Source: Thecamonas trahens ATCC 50062
Lineage: Eukaryota; Protista; Apusomonadida
NCBI RefSeq assembly: GCF_000142905.1
Contig: NW_013657654.1
Location: 62,001 to 126,000 of the forward strand
Direction: 5' to 3'
DNA length: 64,000 nucleotides
The position numbers were made by a program, and so were the translations under genes. The notes beneath the pieces are model-generated. The model searched no databases and had not been told where the DNA came from. It was given only the letters and a program-made list of their open reading frames with translations. The first letter of the stretch is position 1. Each line of letters opens with the position of its first letter. Shown piece by piece: positions 23,726 through 36,184 of the stretch.

Positions 23726-25110
23726 CTAAAGCTCCGTGTGCTCGCTGGAGGTGGCAATGAGGGCGCGACGGGCACGGGCGGCACGCTCGCTGGCGATGAG
23801 AGCGCGGACCTGGCTCGTGTCGCGGCAGAAGACCGCATGCGAGGTGTACGAGTGGATGAAGATGTCCGAGCCAGGGCTCTCGCCGCCAGTGATGTGGAGG
23901 TAAAGCGGTTGCGTCCGCGGTGTGACGAACATGCTCAACAGCCGTGAAAGCCACAGCACGGCGCCCGAGCTCGAGCTCAGCGGACTAGTCTCGGTAGCAG
24001 AGAGTGGGACAGCAGCAAGGAGTCGGAGCATGACATGGTCGCGGACGGCCTCGCGGACACCGCGCCCATACCGCGACTCCCGGAGTGCAGACGGGTCGAG
24101 CGCGTGCCGGACCACATAGTGTCGGACTCCTGGATCGATCACAACGTCGACCACGCCACGCTCTACCAGCGCCGGATGCGATGATAGCTCCGCGAGCGCA
24201 ATCGCCGCCACTCCCAACAGCGCCTCGTGATCAAGCGGGAGGAACGGGATGGCGTAAGAGAACATTCGGTTGACGTCGACGCCCGCGTCGGCAGCAGTGC
24301 CGTACACGGCGTTGACGAGGCTGCGGACCCGCACCACAAGCTCATCGTACGTGTCATGAGCCGACATCGACTCTTTGCCAAAATCAGAGATAAAGACAAA
24401 GACCGCCCGCGACGTCTGCACCCGTTCGCCGCCATCCATCACGTACGGCGTCTCGGTAAACCGCGCCAGCGACCGGATGATGTCCGGGTGGACCCTGTGG
24501 AGCTCGTCAAAGATGATGAGCGACGAGGGGCAGACCCGGAGCTGTGCCACCACATCGCCATAAATCTCGTCAATGAGCGCGTCAACCGCTGCACGCGGCG
24601 GCGGCGCGCCGTCGCTCTGCGGCCGGAGCTTGAACGACCAGCCGTCGCGCTTGAGCACGCCAAGAGGGAGCAACCCGTCCTCGCGAGCGAGTGTATGCGA
24701 CTCGCCACGCTGCGGAAACATAGCATGCGCCAGAATCGATGCCGCCGTCGACTTGCCCGTCCCGTGATCGCCGGCCATAAACAACACAGGGCGCCATCGG
24801 CTCCCGACCGCCACGCCTCAAACGCCGCCGGAAGCATCTTCGCAGCGTGCGGCTGGCCGACCATAAAGTTTGCCATCAGCCATCGGAGGCGACAAGCGAC
24901 GCCAACCTGCGGTGGGCAGCCCGTCCGGCAAGTCCGGTGGAGGATCATGCCCATGCCCGAGCACGCCGATGCGCACGAGCCCGAGAGCGACTCGAGCGAG
25001 TCACAGACCGACGCCGCTGGTACCGGCAGCGCCGCGACTTGGCCGACCACTACCGCCAACACCAACAGAGCCAGGACCACCACGACAGCACCATGTGAAG
25101 AACAAAGCAT
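23726..25110 (-). CDS. Torsin-like ER-luminal AAA+ ATPase; one frame break at ~24793
   Basis: Signal peptide; VGQPHA; PVLFMAGDHGTGKS (Walker A); CPSSLIIFDE (Walker B); AVFVFIS; IPFLPL; C-terminal HTEL. Confidence 0.8.
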
Positions 25111-25790
25111 GTCCTCTCTGCTTGTCCACTCTCTGGTGTTTTCTGCGTCAAGTGCCGCCCGGCCAAGGCCAAGCCCATTCCTCCCTCTGGCGTCGCCCAC
25201 GTGTTCCGCCCGGACATCGTCACCGATGTCACCTCCATCGTCACCGAACACGCCACCGATACCATCCAGAGGCGCTGCACGCGGCATCGGAGGCCACAAC
25301 ACGCCTCCTGCCACAGGCATCGCCTCCTGCTTCCCATATATGGCTATCTCCTTGCCCATCTTGCCCTGCCTGCCCCCACTTTGACCCTGGTGCTCGAGTA
25401 AGGTGCCTCCTCGTGGTGTCACGCACGTCCGCCTCGCTCCGGCCACCTCGCCGACGCCCGCCAGGCAGGTCGCCAGACGATCCGCCTGCTGCATCTGCTG
25501 ATCATGGTATATCCAGGCTACCAGGAGCAGAGAGGCTCCCGATCGAGCTCGATGGCGAGCCGATTTGATTTGAGCTGCCGCAATCCGCTGATACTGACCC
25601 CCCCCCCCCCCCCCCCCCCCTTCATGGCTATTGCGCCATACCCGCCATGCTATCATCCCATCCATCGTGATGTCGTTGATGTCGTCATCCCCATGGCCAT
25701 CACTCAAAATGCGGCCCAATGCCGCGGCATCAGCCGCAGTCTCAGCAAGCCCAGCCACTACACAGACCACATCCATCTCTACCTTCCGGC

Positions 25791-27481
25791 ATGGGTGACA
25801 CTGATGAGAATGAGCCTCTCCTTGCCAAGCAGCCGCACATGTCCATCAACACTGACGAACCGGGAAAGCCAAGGCCAAGCTCAAGTCGGGCGACGGCGAC
25901 GACCTCGTCCGCAAGGCGACAGACGAAGGAGGCTGGGCTACGGCCATCGATCTGCTCAAGCTAGCCATTCCTATTTTTGTGGTAGGTGACGCGTCTGGTT
26001 CCCGGCATGTGCTGAGACTCTTGCCGATATCAAGCCCCGCCGCCGGGACATACTCACCATCGATTGCTTCCCCGTGCTCAGGCCATGGTCGCCTGGGTGG
26101 CCATGAAGACCACCGACTCGGCGCTGCTCGGACACGCTGGATCCGAGTATCTCGAAGGTGCAGCACTGTCAGATCTGTACACCTCGTCGTCGCGGGTCTT
26201 TCTCAACACCCGCGTCCTGGGCATCTTTGCAGGCAACGCCATCGGCGCCGGGCAGTTGAAGATGGTCGGGGTGTGGTTCCAGGTCTCGCTGGTCCTCCTT
26301 GCCCTCGTCGCCGTCCCGGTCATTGCGCTGTGGTCCGTCACCGAGCCGGTCCTCCTCCTCCTCGGTGTGGCGCCTAATCTGGCTCGCATTGCCGGCCACT
26401 ACGCGCTCATTCTCATTGCCTCCATCCCGCCCATGATCATCTCGTCTCAGCTGGCCAAGATGCTCGAGGCGCAACGGATCATGTACCCATCGGTAGTGGC
26501 CGCCCTCGCTGCCATGGCGTGCAACGTGCTCTTTGGCCTGGTCTTTGTCCTTGGCGTCGGCATCCCGGGCTGGTCCGGATTTGGCTTCCTCGCCTGCCCC
26601 ACCGTCACCGCCGCCATGGAGTGGCTTCAGCTCGCTGTCGTCTACTTTGTCTTTATCGCATGGAAGGGCCTGCACAAGCCGTGTTGGCCGGGATGGGCCT
26701 GGCGCCACGTGACGCGGACCCGGCTCGTGGCCTACGCCCGCCTCTACGGCCCTGCCTCGCTCTCCATTGCCTCGGACTTTGGCGCGTTGCCTTTATCGGC
26801 ACCGTTGCCGCCACCTTTGGTGCCACCGAGGTCGCCGTCTTCACAACCTCGTACCGCATCATGTGGATCGGCCTCACCTTTGTCGGCTCGGTCTCGGCCG
26901 CCGTTAGCATCCGCCTCGGCATCGCCTTTGGCCGCGGCGATGCCGCAGACGCGAGATACCTTTCACTCATCGGCATGCTCATTGTCTGCGTATTCGTCGT
27001 CGGTGTCGGCTCGGGTATTGCGCTCTTCTCGCGCCAGCTCGGCTCCATCTTTTCCTCAGACCCGGTCATTCTCGACGAGTTTGAGCGTGTCGGCCTCCCG
27101 CTCGCCCTCACCACTGCCTTTATGAACCTCTCGGTCGCCTTTGAGTCCATCGTCAAGTCAATGGGCCGCCCGAAGATTGTCCTCTACACCGGCTTTGTCG
27201 GCTCGTGGGTCTTCCAGGCTCCCGCCGCTTTTCTTCTCTCGCGCTACGTCCACTACAAGTCCAAGCTCTACATGCTGTACTGCGGCATGACCGTCGGCTA
27301 CATCGCCGTCCTCGCCATGCTCGGCTTTGTCATCCTCAACACAAATTGGGCCAAGTACGCCGCCGAGGCTCAGGCCCGTGGCAACGACAAGCTCGACAAG
27401 ACGCCGGCGCCCGAGGCCAGCCCGCTGCTGGCTGGTGACAGTACTGCCGACGCCGACGCCGATGCCAAGTCGATGCCGTAG
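25791..27481 (+). CDS. MATE-family transporter; intron 25982-26081, frame breaks at ~25868 and ~26780
   Basis: LLKLAIPIFV|AMVAWVAMKTTDSALLGH after splicing GTAGGT..CAG; second half SIRLGIAFGRGDA and MGRPKIV; about 12 TM segments. Confidence 0.88.
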
Positions 27482-27495
27482 TTTATCCCGCATCC

Positions 27496-29553
27496 TCACC
27501 CGACCATCATCATCGGCGTGTGGACTGTCGAGGGCACCGGCCCCGCGGTAGACCACGCCCAGCTCACTTCACTGTACGTCGCGTGGACGCCGAGCGTGAG
27601 TGCTTGGTCGAGGAGCCCGTCGAACACGTTGCGCGCCACGTTGATCTGGTCGCGTGCCGCCCGCGTGCTGTGGTCCACGTACTTGACCACAAACGACGAC
27701 CGTGCCACGCCCATGTGCGCAAACTCGTCCGAGTCGTAGAACGCCGCAAATGCAACATATGGAAAGATGAGGACAGAGACCGAGCCGGGCTGCATGTGGT
27801 ACTGGTTGGTGAAGCCAGCTCCGGTCACCCCAAACACAATCGACGAGTTGGACATGACTGCGAGGCTCTCCTCGTAGCTCATTGCCTCGAATGAGACAAC
27901 CTGCGTCAGGATGCCGCGCTCCTCGGCCCAACCGCGCATCTGGTCCACCAGGCCGTCGCGCCACTGCCGCGCGTGGGAGATCTTGCGGTCAATGATGGTG
28001 AGGACCGGCCGCTGCAACCGCGTCTGCTTTGCAAACACAAACGACGGCACCTTGTACCCACGCTCGGCTTTGCTGCGCATGGCAGTGCGCTCGCGTTTGC
28101 TCAGCTCGTCGAGCGCCTGCGCCTGTGCCACCGCATCGCCGAGCGTCACCCCCAGCCGCGGCGTCACCAGCCCATTGGCCCAGTTCCACCACTGCTCAAA
28201 CTTGGGCAGCATCTCCAGTGTTGCAGGCATGACAAACGAGTTGAAGTCGAGCTCAGAGTATGCGCCCACAACCAGGGTCTCGAAACAGAGCCCATCGAGA
28301 GCCGCAGGCTCGTAGATGACCTCGTCCGAGAGGTGCGCCATGAGCTTGTCAATGGCTGGGTGCTCGTCGCCGTGCGGAAAGCCGGGCAGAATCATGACAA
28401 TCCTGTCACGCGCAATGGTGCACGGAGGATGCCGCGAGCTCGGCAGCCAGATCGGGTCGTATGGCTCGGGGCAATCGATGAGCCCGAGCGTATACGCGCT
28501 TCCCCATGCCCGCATGAACATGTTGTGAAAGTAGTGCCAGTACGCGGCGTGCCACATGTCGTACAGCACAATGCCGACCTTGCCACTTCCCATCTCCCTC
28601 GAGCAATCTCCGTGTGCGCTCACCGTCCGCGCCTCAATCTGAAACCGGTCCGGCCACGTCCGCATGCCCCCGACGTAGCCCATCGAGCCAAACCGCGACT
28701 CTGGCACCGATGGTGCCGCCACCTCGATCCCAAACGTCCGATGAAGAAGCTGGACACCGAGCGGCACGTCCTGGATGGAAAACCGCGCGTTGTGGAACCT
28801 GCACACGGTCGAGAGCACTGGCTGATAATTAGGCGGCGCGCCATGATCCTTGAGCTCGACTGACAGTGGTGTCCACATCTCACAGCAGTGGTAATGGACA
28901 CCGCCGCTGTCGTCTCGCAGCGTCCGGGTCTTCCTCCCACCAGTCATCCACGACTCGGAGTACCTGCTAAAGTCGAAGATCGAGGTTGTCTCCACATTCC
29001 GCGCGTCCTCGAGCGCGCCCTTGCCCACGTTGAGCCTCTCCGCCGGGCACTCATCGCCATCGTAGTTGACAAAGCCACAGCCCATGCATTTCGAGGTCAG
29101 AGGCGGCAGATGCACGACCGACGAGCCAAAGACGGCTGCGCCCGGATGCAGAGTCACGGCCTTGCCCGTCGTCGGCTTTCTCGCCCAAAACGCCACGCCT
29201 GCATGGATGCCGTACGTAGACTCGAGATGGCTAGCTGATGGCGGGAGCGATGCTGGCAGAGGCAGGTGTCCGATCCTGTACCTCACCACCATCCAGACCA
29301 TGACCACCGCAATGACAAACCATCCATACACCCCAATCCAGCCATCGCCACTCGCTCCGCCCCTCCGCCATCCCCTCCCGTTGCTGGCTGCGAGAGCATC
29401 CCCGCCCACCGAGCCAGAGCCACCTACGGCCACCGCCACACCATGCCCGGCTCCAACTCCACCACTACCATCACCCTGCCAGCCTCCGCCTACCGCACTT
29501 GTCCCTACTCGCCGCTCCGCAGTCCCGCGAGCCTCGGCTGTCCATCGCTGCAT
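27496..29553 (-). CDS. Type II membrane glycosyltransferase, GT61/DUF563-like
   Basis: TM anchor; YWHYFHN, CFETLVVG, VLTIIDR, FEAMSYEESLAVMSNSSIVFGVTGAGFTN..MQPGS. Confidence 0.72.
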   Translation of the reverse strand: MQRWTAEARGTAERRVGTSAVGGGWQGDGSGGVGAGHGVAVAVGGSGSVGGDALAASNGRGWRRGGASGDGWIGVYGWFVIAVVMVWMVVRYRIGHLPLPASLPPSASHLESTYGIHAGVAFWARKPTTGKAVTLHPGAAVFGSSVVHLPPLTSKCMGCGFVNYDGDECPAERLNVGKGALEDARNVETTSIFDFSRYSESWMTGGRKTRTLRDDSGGVHYHCCEMWTPLSVELKDHGAPPNYQPVLSTVCRFHNARFSIQDVPLGVQLLHRTFGIEVAAPSVPESRFGSMGYVGGMRTWPDRFQIEARTVSAHGDCSREMGSGKVGIVLYDMWHAAYWHYFHNMFMRAWGSAYTLGLIDCPEPYDPIWLPSSRHPPCTIARDRIVMILPGFPHGDEHPAIDKLMAHLSDEVIYEPAALDGLCFETLVVGAYSELDFNSFVMPATLEMLPKFEQWWNWANGLVTPRLGVTLGDAVAQAQALDELSKRERTAMRSKAERGYKVPSFVFAKQTRLQRPVLTIIDRKISHARQWRDGLVDQMRGWAEERGILTQVVSFEAMSYEESLAVMSNSSIVFGVTGAGFTNQYHMQPGSVSVLIFPYVAFAAFYDSDEFAHMGVARSSFVVKYVDHSTRAARDQINVARNVFDGLLDQALTLGVHATYSEVSWAWSTAGPVPSTVHTPMMMVG

Positions 29554-29716
29554 GGTCGAGTGTACCGGTGTCAGAGCGAGGCCGTCACTATCGCTGGCTT
29601 GTCACTCGATGGTCCGCTGCCGGTAGCCACGTTTGGCAACAATTTTTAGTCGGGCAACTGCAAAACAACAATCTCGCAAGTCCGGGCTGGACATGGTGGC
29701 CCGCGGTGCGCGGCTG

Positions 29717-32253
29717 CTAGTGTGGCGAGTGGGAGGCGGCAACATGTTTGGACACTTCGGTCGAGCGGGGAACACGCTTGACAAACACAGCGTGCTTACG
29801 CTTCTTCTTGACCACGCCAGTGGAGACAGGCGACGGCGTCCGCTTGACCTTGACCGTTCGCTCGAGGGCGATGCGCGGCGGAGTGGCAGCGGCCCGGCCG
29901 CGGATCCCGACTCGATGCAGCGAGCTGGCGCGCGCGTGCCGGGAGCCGCCCGGCTCCGAGCTCGTGCCAGCGCCCGAGCCGCTGTCCAGTTCTGAGCCCG
30001 ACTCCAGGCCCAAACCCGAGCCGGGCCCCGAGTCCGAGCCGGAGCCTGGCGGGTGCAGGCCTGGCGAGGACGACCAGTTGAGCCTAGCGTCGAGCGGCGA
30101 TGATGCGTGCCGCATCGAGATCGGAACGTCTTGCGAGGCGCGAGGCGGATCACTAGAGAAGTCCCCGTTCCCGTACTGCGACGTTGCGTCCGAGTCAGTG
30201 TCAGAGCCTGGGGGCGAGGCCGAGTCCGAGGCCGATGGCAGGACCCGCTTGATGCGGCGGCGGGTCTTGGTCGCCCGCTTCTTCCGCAGCCGGCCATCCG
30301 AGTTGCGGCCGAGGCGGAGCGTCCGCTGTGAGATGGTGGTCTCCACCACAGTTGTGAGCTCATCGTACGAGCCGGTCGGCGACGACGAGCGGTACGTCGA
30401 GTTGCCATAAAATGTGGTGGTAAAGTGGGCGTACTCTCCAGAGAGGTGCTCGTCTATCTTGGGATTGACCAGCTGGCCGATGGAGACCGGGATGGAGACG
30501 CCACCAAAGCGGGCGAGAGAAACCAGTGAGCTATGCGAGCCGATGCACTGGGTGTTGGACGCTCCAAGCGGCGGCGCCAACAGCTGGAGGTACGTCGCCG
30601 ACCGTGAGTCGACCGAGCTCGATGACGACGACGACACCGAGCTCAACGAGCTGCCTAGCTCGGACGATGCTGGCGCCCTCCGTCCGACCGGATGGATGCC
30701 TGTGAGCGCGGCATCGAGGCTGGCTGTCGACGAGCTCGACGAGACAGAGGCCTGCCAACCAACCTGGGTCTGCGCCGTCGCCGCCGGCGACGACGAGAAG
30801 GTCTGCTTTGGCGGCGCCAGCTTTGGATTGAGGGTTGGATGCTGGATGACAACAGCCATAACGTGCTTGGTCAGCTCCGAGTCGATTGTCGAGCCCGGCA
30901 CCGTGTATTCGATACATGCTGTGGGAGGCGAAGACGCGCTCATCTCGACAACAATGAGTGGGATGCGCCTGCTGAGGCGCGCGCGGGCGCGAAGCTCGCC
31001 CTCGCGGCGGCGACGGCGGCGCGCGGCGCGCGTTGAGCGCGGACGCGCGCGCGGCTCGAGCGTGTTGACCACGCGGTAGCCAACAAGCGCAAAGACGGTG
31101 ATGAGTGTGGCAAGGGCGACAAAGCCCACAACCAGGAAAGTGACGGTCACGCCGCGCGCCGACGGTTGATTCATCTCGCGCATTGAACAGCCGTCGAGTG
31201 AGAGGAGCGTGAGTGGGTGCGAGGCGTTGACCCGACCTGCAAACGAGTGCGAGGCACAGACGGTGCAGACCCTATGTAGCAGCGCGCTGGCATCACATGT
31301 GGTCGCAAGCCGGAGTCCCTGCCGAATACCGGATCCAGCCCACTCGGCGGTATCGGGCGCATATGCGCGCGGGCACGCGCAGTCGGAGCAGAGCGGGAGC
31401 GGAAGCGCAGTCGGATGCCGCTCTGAGCAGTCACGTCCGCCGTAGCCCTCATTACACACACATGTTCCGTTGCTCGAACACTTGCCCTGACCGTAGCAAT
31501 CGCCCGGACACGGCGACGAGGTAAAGTTGAGCGCAAGGCCCCAAGAGTGGACATACGAGTCCGACTCAAAAACAACAGTGAGAGACCGCCCGGTTGATGC
31601 GATGTGCGGGAAGCGGCGAGGCTCCTCCGAGCCGGGTACGTCATCGCTCCCGGCGACTGGGCCGTCTTCCAACTCGGCAGCAGAGCCAGAGCCATACGAT
31701 CCCGAGAGCATGGCGATGAGCGGAGCAGAGACGTCGCGGCCGTCATAGACCGCCACAAAGTCCCACCCGCATTCTGTGGCAAACGGATAGCCATCGGGCA
31801 TTTTGATTCTTGAGGAAGGGGCAGCGATCCAGGGCATGGCATCAATGCGAACCGAGCCACTCTCATACAACGATGTCAGCGTCCAACTACACCGCAACTT
31901 GTCCGGATAAGGATGCGGCGTAGAGAGCATGCCTGCTGCCAGCGGCTCGGGCTCGTACACCGGCGTCGCCGACTCGCAAAGGACACTTGCAGAGGTGGCG
32001 GGAACGACGACCGTGGCGGTGGCGGCGAGGGAGACGACGACGATATGGACGGGAGAGATGGCGATGGTACGGATGATGATGATGATGATGATGACGATGA
32101 TGATGATGACGATGGTGGTGGTGGTGGTGGTGGTGGTGCACAGGCGAGTTGGGCGAGCAGCAGGACACTGGCAGCCGCCACGGTGGCCACCAGCAAGCGA
32201 GAAGGTGACACGGCCGTGGACGCCCATCGTCTTCTGCTGTGACTTGCCGCCAT
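29717..32253 (-). CDS. Single-pass CUB + EGF domain protein with long Ser-rich cytoplasmic tail (attractin-like N-terminal module); frame break at ~32000
   Basis: Signal peptide in ORF 31876..32253 (LLVATVAAASVLLLAQLAC). CUB: YPDKLRCSW..TECGWDFVAVYDG..VVFESD. EGF: CPGDCYGQGKC..CVCNEGYGGRDC. TM followed by an Arg cluster. Confidence 0.78.
32072..32138. repeat. Compound (GAT)n(GGT)n microsatellite encoding poly-Pro/poly-Ser on the minus strand
   Basis: Direct inspection. Confidence 0.85.
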
Positions 32254-32531
32254 GGCCCTGCAGAAGTAGACTGACTCTGCTCTCTGCGAGGGAGGTGATG
32301 TGCGTAGTCGCCGACTCGCCGTCTCGCGTTGAGGAACACTGTCGGGCGGCGGAAGGAATGGTTGACTCGGCCTTTGGCAGCGAGGGGAGGGGTTCCGGCA
32401 ATGTCGCGGCGGAATGGGATTGTCGAGCGGTGTCCTCCACCCAGCCAGCCAGCCAGCCAGAGCGACAAGCTAGCCGATCAGCAAGTAGCCAGGTCGGCTG
32501 CGTTGGGTTTGTTCAATGAATACTTGGCTCA

Positions 32532-33365
32532 CTAGCTCTCGTAGTAGTACGACGGGGACGACGACGTGGCGTAGAAGGAAGAGACAGACTGGGACGAGGC
32601 CGATGAAGCTGGGGAGGTGGCCAGGGCGGGTGCAGCGGCGGAAGAGTCCGAGTTGGCCGACGCATCAAAGGCGGGGGCCTTGTTCGATTTGAGCTCGGGG
32701 CTCAGGACGTCAAGCGCCTTGACCATGTTGTTGTCTGCGTCGCTGGCGTCGATGTCAAACGCGGCGTCGTTGTCGAGATATGCGGCAGTGTCGTCGGAGA
32801 GGATAGAAAAGGCCTCGCCGTCGGTTTGCTTGCCGAGGACCTTGCGGCGATGGCGGAGGGCGCGAGCAGCGACGCGTGTGCGGACTGAGGAGCGAACGCG
32901 ATGGAGCTCCTTTGGATCGCGGGAGGAGCCAGCATGACTAGCCATACCGCCCTTGCTCATAGAGAGGCACCACGACTTGAAGCAGAGTTTCCAGACGAGC
33001 AGGATGGCGACAAGGACAACGATGCCGACGTAGCCATGAGTAACGCCAGCACGAGCTTCGTCTTGACCGCCGACGGCAAACATGGAATCACCGCCACGAC
33101 CAGGCTGCTCTCCCGAGGGACAGAGACCGGTATGAATGACATCAGGAGCAGAGCAACGTGTGGAGCCATCCGAGTTGATGGGCATACACTCTCCACGTCC
33201 TGTCACCTCATTGCTGCACCAAATGCAATTGAGCGCCCGTGGCCGAGCAAGACACTCGCCACAGCTACCAGAGCTGCTGCATGTCGACCGACTGCCCGTC
33301 GCTAACTCCACCACCACACCTGCTACCACCAGAAGGATGCACCCCATGAGGGTTGTGGGTGACAT
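32532..33365 (-). CDS. PSI-domain single-pass membrane protein (PTTG1IP-like architecture)
   Basis: Signal peptide, CSSSGSCGECL...CIWC...C PSI pattern, TM helix, cytoplasmic tail ending SYYYES. Confidence 0.65.
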   Translation of the reverse strand: MSPTTLMGCILLVVAGVVVELATGSRSTCSSSGSCGECLARPRALNCIWCSNEVTGRGECMPINSDGSTRCSAPDVIHTGLCPSGEQPGRGGDSMFAVGGQDEARAGVTHGYVGIVVLVAILLVWKLCFKSWCLSMSKGGMASHAGSSRDPKELHRVRSSVRTRVAARALRHRRKVLGKQTDGEAFSILSDDTAAYLDNDAAFDIDASDADNNMVKALDVLSPELKSNKAPAFDASANSDSSAAAPALATSPASSASSQSVSSFYATSSSPSYYYES

Positions 33366-33597
33366 GGCCGGACGTGGTGTCGGTTGTTGTGGCGTCGTGT
33401 GTTGTGTGTGACTCTGCTTGTGCTGGCAGAGTCTGGCCCTGGCTGAACTCGCACCGAAGCCTGTTGTGCCGCAATGGGCGGCGGCCTGTGTCTGTTCTGC
33501 GGTTTGGTTGGTCCGTAACCGCCCGATCAGTTGCCATGGCCGCATGTTGGTGAAGGCGGGATGGCAACAGAATCATGGCTGGTCATCATGGTCTTAC

Positions 33598-35968
33598 TTA
33601 GCGATGTGGCAAGTTGCGCTTCTGGCGCTTGCGGCTGGCTCGAGCGTTGCGCTTGGTGCTAAGATGCGAGTTGCGCGTCGCGGTGGAGAGGAACGACGGA
33701 GTGTCGGCGACAACGCCAGAACCGCCAAACGAGGCCCCGTTCGAGCCGGAGCGGAGGACAAAACACGGCAGAATCTGGGAGACGTTGAAGAACACATACT
33801 GCTTCATGTCGGCCGAGACGTGCGAGTCGTATCCGCTGATGCACCCCTTCCGCGAGACTTGCGCCTTGTTGTCGATGACCACAGCGTTGCCGAGGAGGCA
33901 GACAGCAACCAGAACTGCTCCGCGCGAGTACTTGCAGGCAAAGTTGAGTTCGGGCGAGGCGTAGATGCCGCGACCGTACATCGCGCCGTTACGTGCACCC
34001 ACTGTACCTGGCATCAAGAAGCCCTTCTCCGTGATCCCGCCCGCCGCGTTCTGGCTCGTCCCGTGGAACGCCACCACAGGCTGGGCCCGCGCGTCGCCGT
34101 ACGCCGCCTCGTATGCGCGTCGGCGCTGCCGAAACCGTTTCAGCAGCTCGGGCCGGATCACCATCTCCAGCGTCGAGCCCGGCGGGAACGATATTGATCG
34201 CAGTGCAGCCAGAATTCCTGTATCCCTCAGGTCTTGCATCGACGAGTCGAGCGTGAAGGAGTGCGCCGATGGAACAACCTCCCCCCTCCGGGCGGCCGCA
34301 GCAGCTCGCTGGGCCTCCTCTACCGCCAACCGTGCCGCCAGCCGCGCGTCTGCATCCTGCTTGCGCCGCTGTGCCTCGCGCGCACGCCGCTCTTTCTCGG
34401 CCGCCTCCAGCTCGGCCGCCAGCTCGCGCGCAATGGCTGCATCGTTAGCCACCCGCGTCTCTTGGCTCGCTCGCCGCGCCTCGTCGCGCTCCAGCTCGCG
34501 CGCCAGCTTGAGAGACGCCGCTTCTTGAGCCACCAGCCGCTCGCGCTCTTTGCGTGCAATCTTGCGTGCCAGCTCGGCGTCAGCCGCCGCCGCTGCCACG
34601 TCTGCTTCGGCCTCGGCCACCTGCGCCGCCAACTGTCGCGCGAAAGCGGCATCTGCTGCTTCTTGCTCCTGCGCCTTGCGCATGAGATCTTGCTCGGCCT
34701 CCCACAGCGACCGTGCAAAGGCCGCGTCGAGGTCGACTTGCGAGTCGGCACCCACGTGAAAGACCGCTCCGGTTGCCCGCGTCGGCGCCAGCAGCTCGTC
34801 CATACCCGCCGAAAACTGTGAGAGTGCGTCCTGAGACGAAGCACTGAACACAGCCGCCGCCTCACAGCTCGCACCTCCACCCGAGGGCCCGGCTACACAC
34901 ACCACGTCGTCATCGTTGCAAAACGCAGCACGATGATCTTGAACAAGCTGTAGGCACCGTTCGTTGCTGGCAAACTCGCGCTGGAGAACCTCCTCCGGCC
35001 ACCGCTGGCTGTCACTTGCCACCATCTCCACACACAGGCGACGGAGCGTCGTAACAGTGCGCGGAGCACGGCAAACAAATAGATCGCGGTCATCATCGCT
35101 GTAGCTGTCGCTCTCGCTCCAACTGGCGGCGGTGAGATCAACTACGACTGGCCGCCGGCTCACAGCATACCGAAGCCCCGGCTGCAGCTTCTCCATCTGC
35201 CTGAGCGTCGCCCCGTTGGGCGCCTTCACCACTACCGCATCCAGTCCCAGCGCGCTGGCCACTTGATCTTCAAACAGCTTCCACGCCGAGCCCGGGCTGA
35301 ACTCATCGAGCGTGGTCGCCAGCTCCAGATCGACGTCAATGCTAGCGGTGAGAAGCGGAACGGTACCGCTGCGGACCACTTCGACCGCAAAGCGGGCGGC
35401 TTGCGCTGCTCCTCCGCCGCCCGCCGCCTGCAATCGTACCTGCTGCGGATCCACCAGCTCCCACGACGGATGGAGAACGACGACCAGCGCAGCTGTGCCG
35501 TTGGCTACGGCCTGGATGTGATGGCACGTCAGTCGCTCGAGGCCGAGCGGAGAGAGTGCAGGACATGTCGATACCGCCGTCGATGCCGACAACGCAGACG
35601 AGGCAACAGATCCAGTAGAGAATGAGGTAGACGGGGCAGGGGCTGAGCCTGGCCCGGCGATGTGCATCGGCTGGAGCGATGATGAGCCACGTGTCCGACC
35701 AGGCGATGCGGGGGGCGAGCGAGATGGACGAGATCTGATCATCGGCCGATGTCAAATGCGGCCGAGACGGGGCGTCATCAAAGGAGAGTGTGTGCATGGC
35801 ACGGATGGGCTGCTGGCGGTTGAAGACGTAGCCGACGAGAACACGACGTCCCATCACGGCCTCTGCAGCATCGAGGACGTCGTCGACAGAAGGTAGTGGG
35901 GAGAGATTGACCTCCACCAGCGTCTGCTCGCGAGAGACTCCCTCTGCATCGAGGTAGACAGAGAGCAT
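33598..35968 (-). CDS. PARP-like ADP-ribosyltransferase with repeated ubiquitin-binding-like helices; 5' junction uncertain
   Basis: FHGTS, YGRGIYAS, CKYS, QYVFFNVSQILPCFVL; repeats DAAFARSL, DAAFARQL, DAELARKI, DAAIAREL, DARLAARL. Upstream ATG 35968 segment is in another frame. Confidence 0.78.
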
Positions 35969-36184
35969 GGTAGAGACAGATGGGTGGGTGAGGAAAGAGA
36001 GGGGGAGGAGGAAGAGGGTTTGAGGAAGAGATGCCCTTGGCCGTAGCCTGTCTGGGCGTGGTGAAGGCACACTGCTGGGGATCGAACCAATGGAACGATG
36101 GCACTCTTTGCCGAAAGCGGGTGCTGAATCAGGTGCAAGCGCCCAAACGGGGAGGAGGAGGGCAGGCATGCGAACATGATGGGT

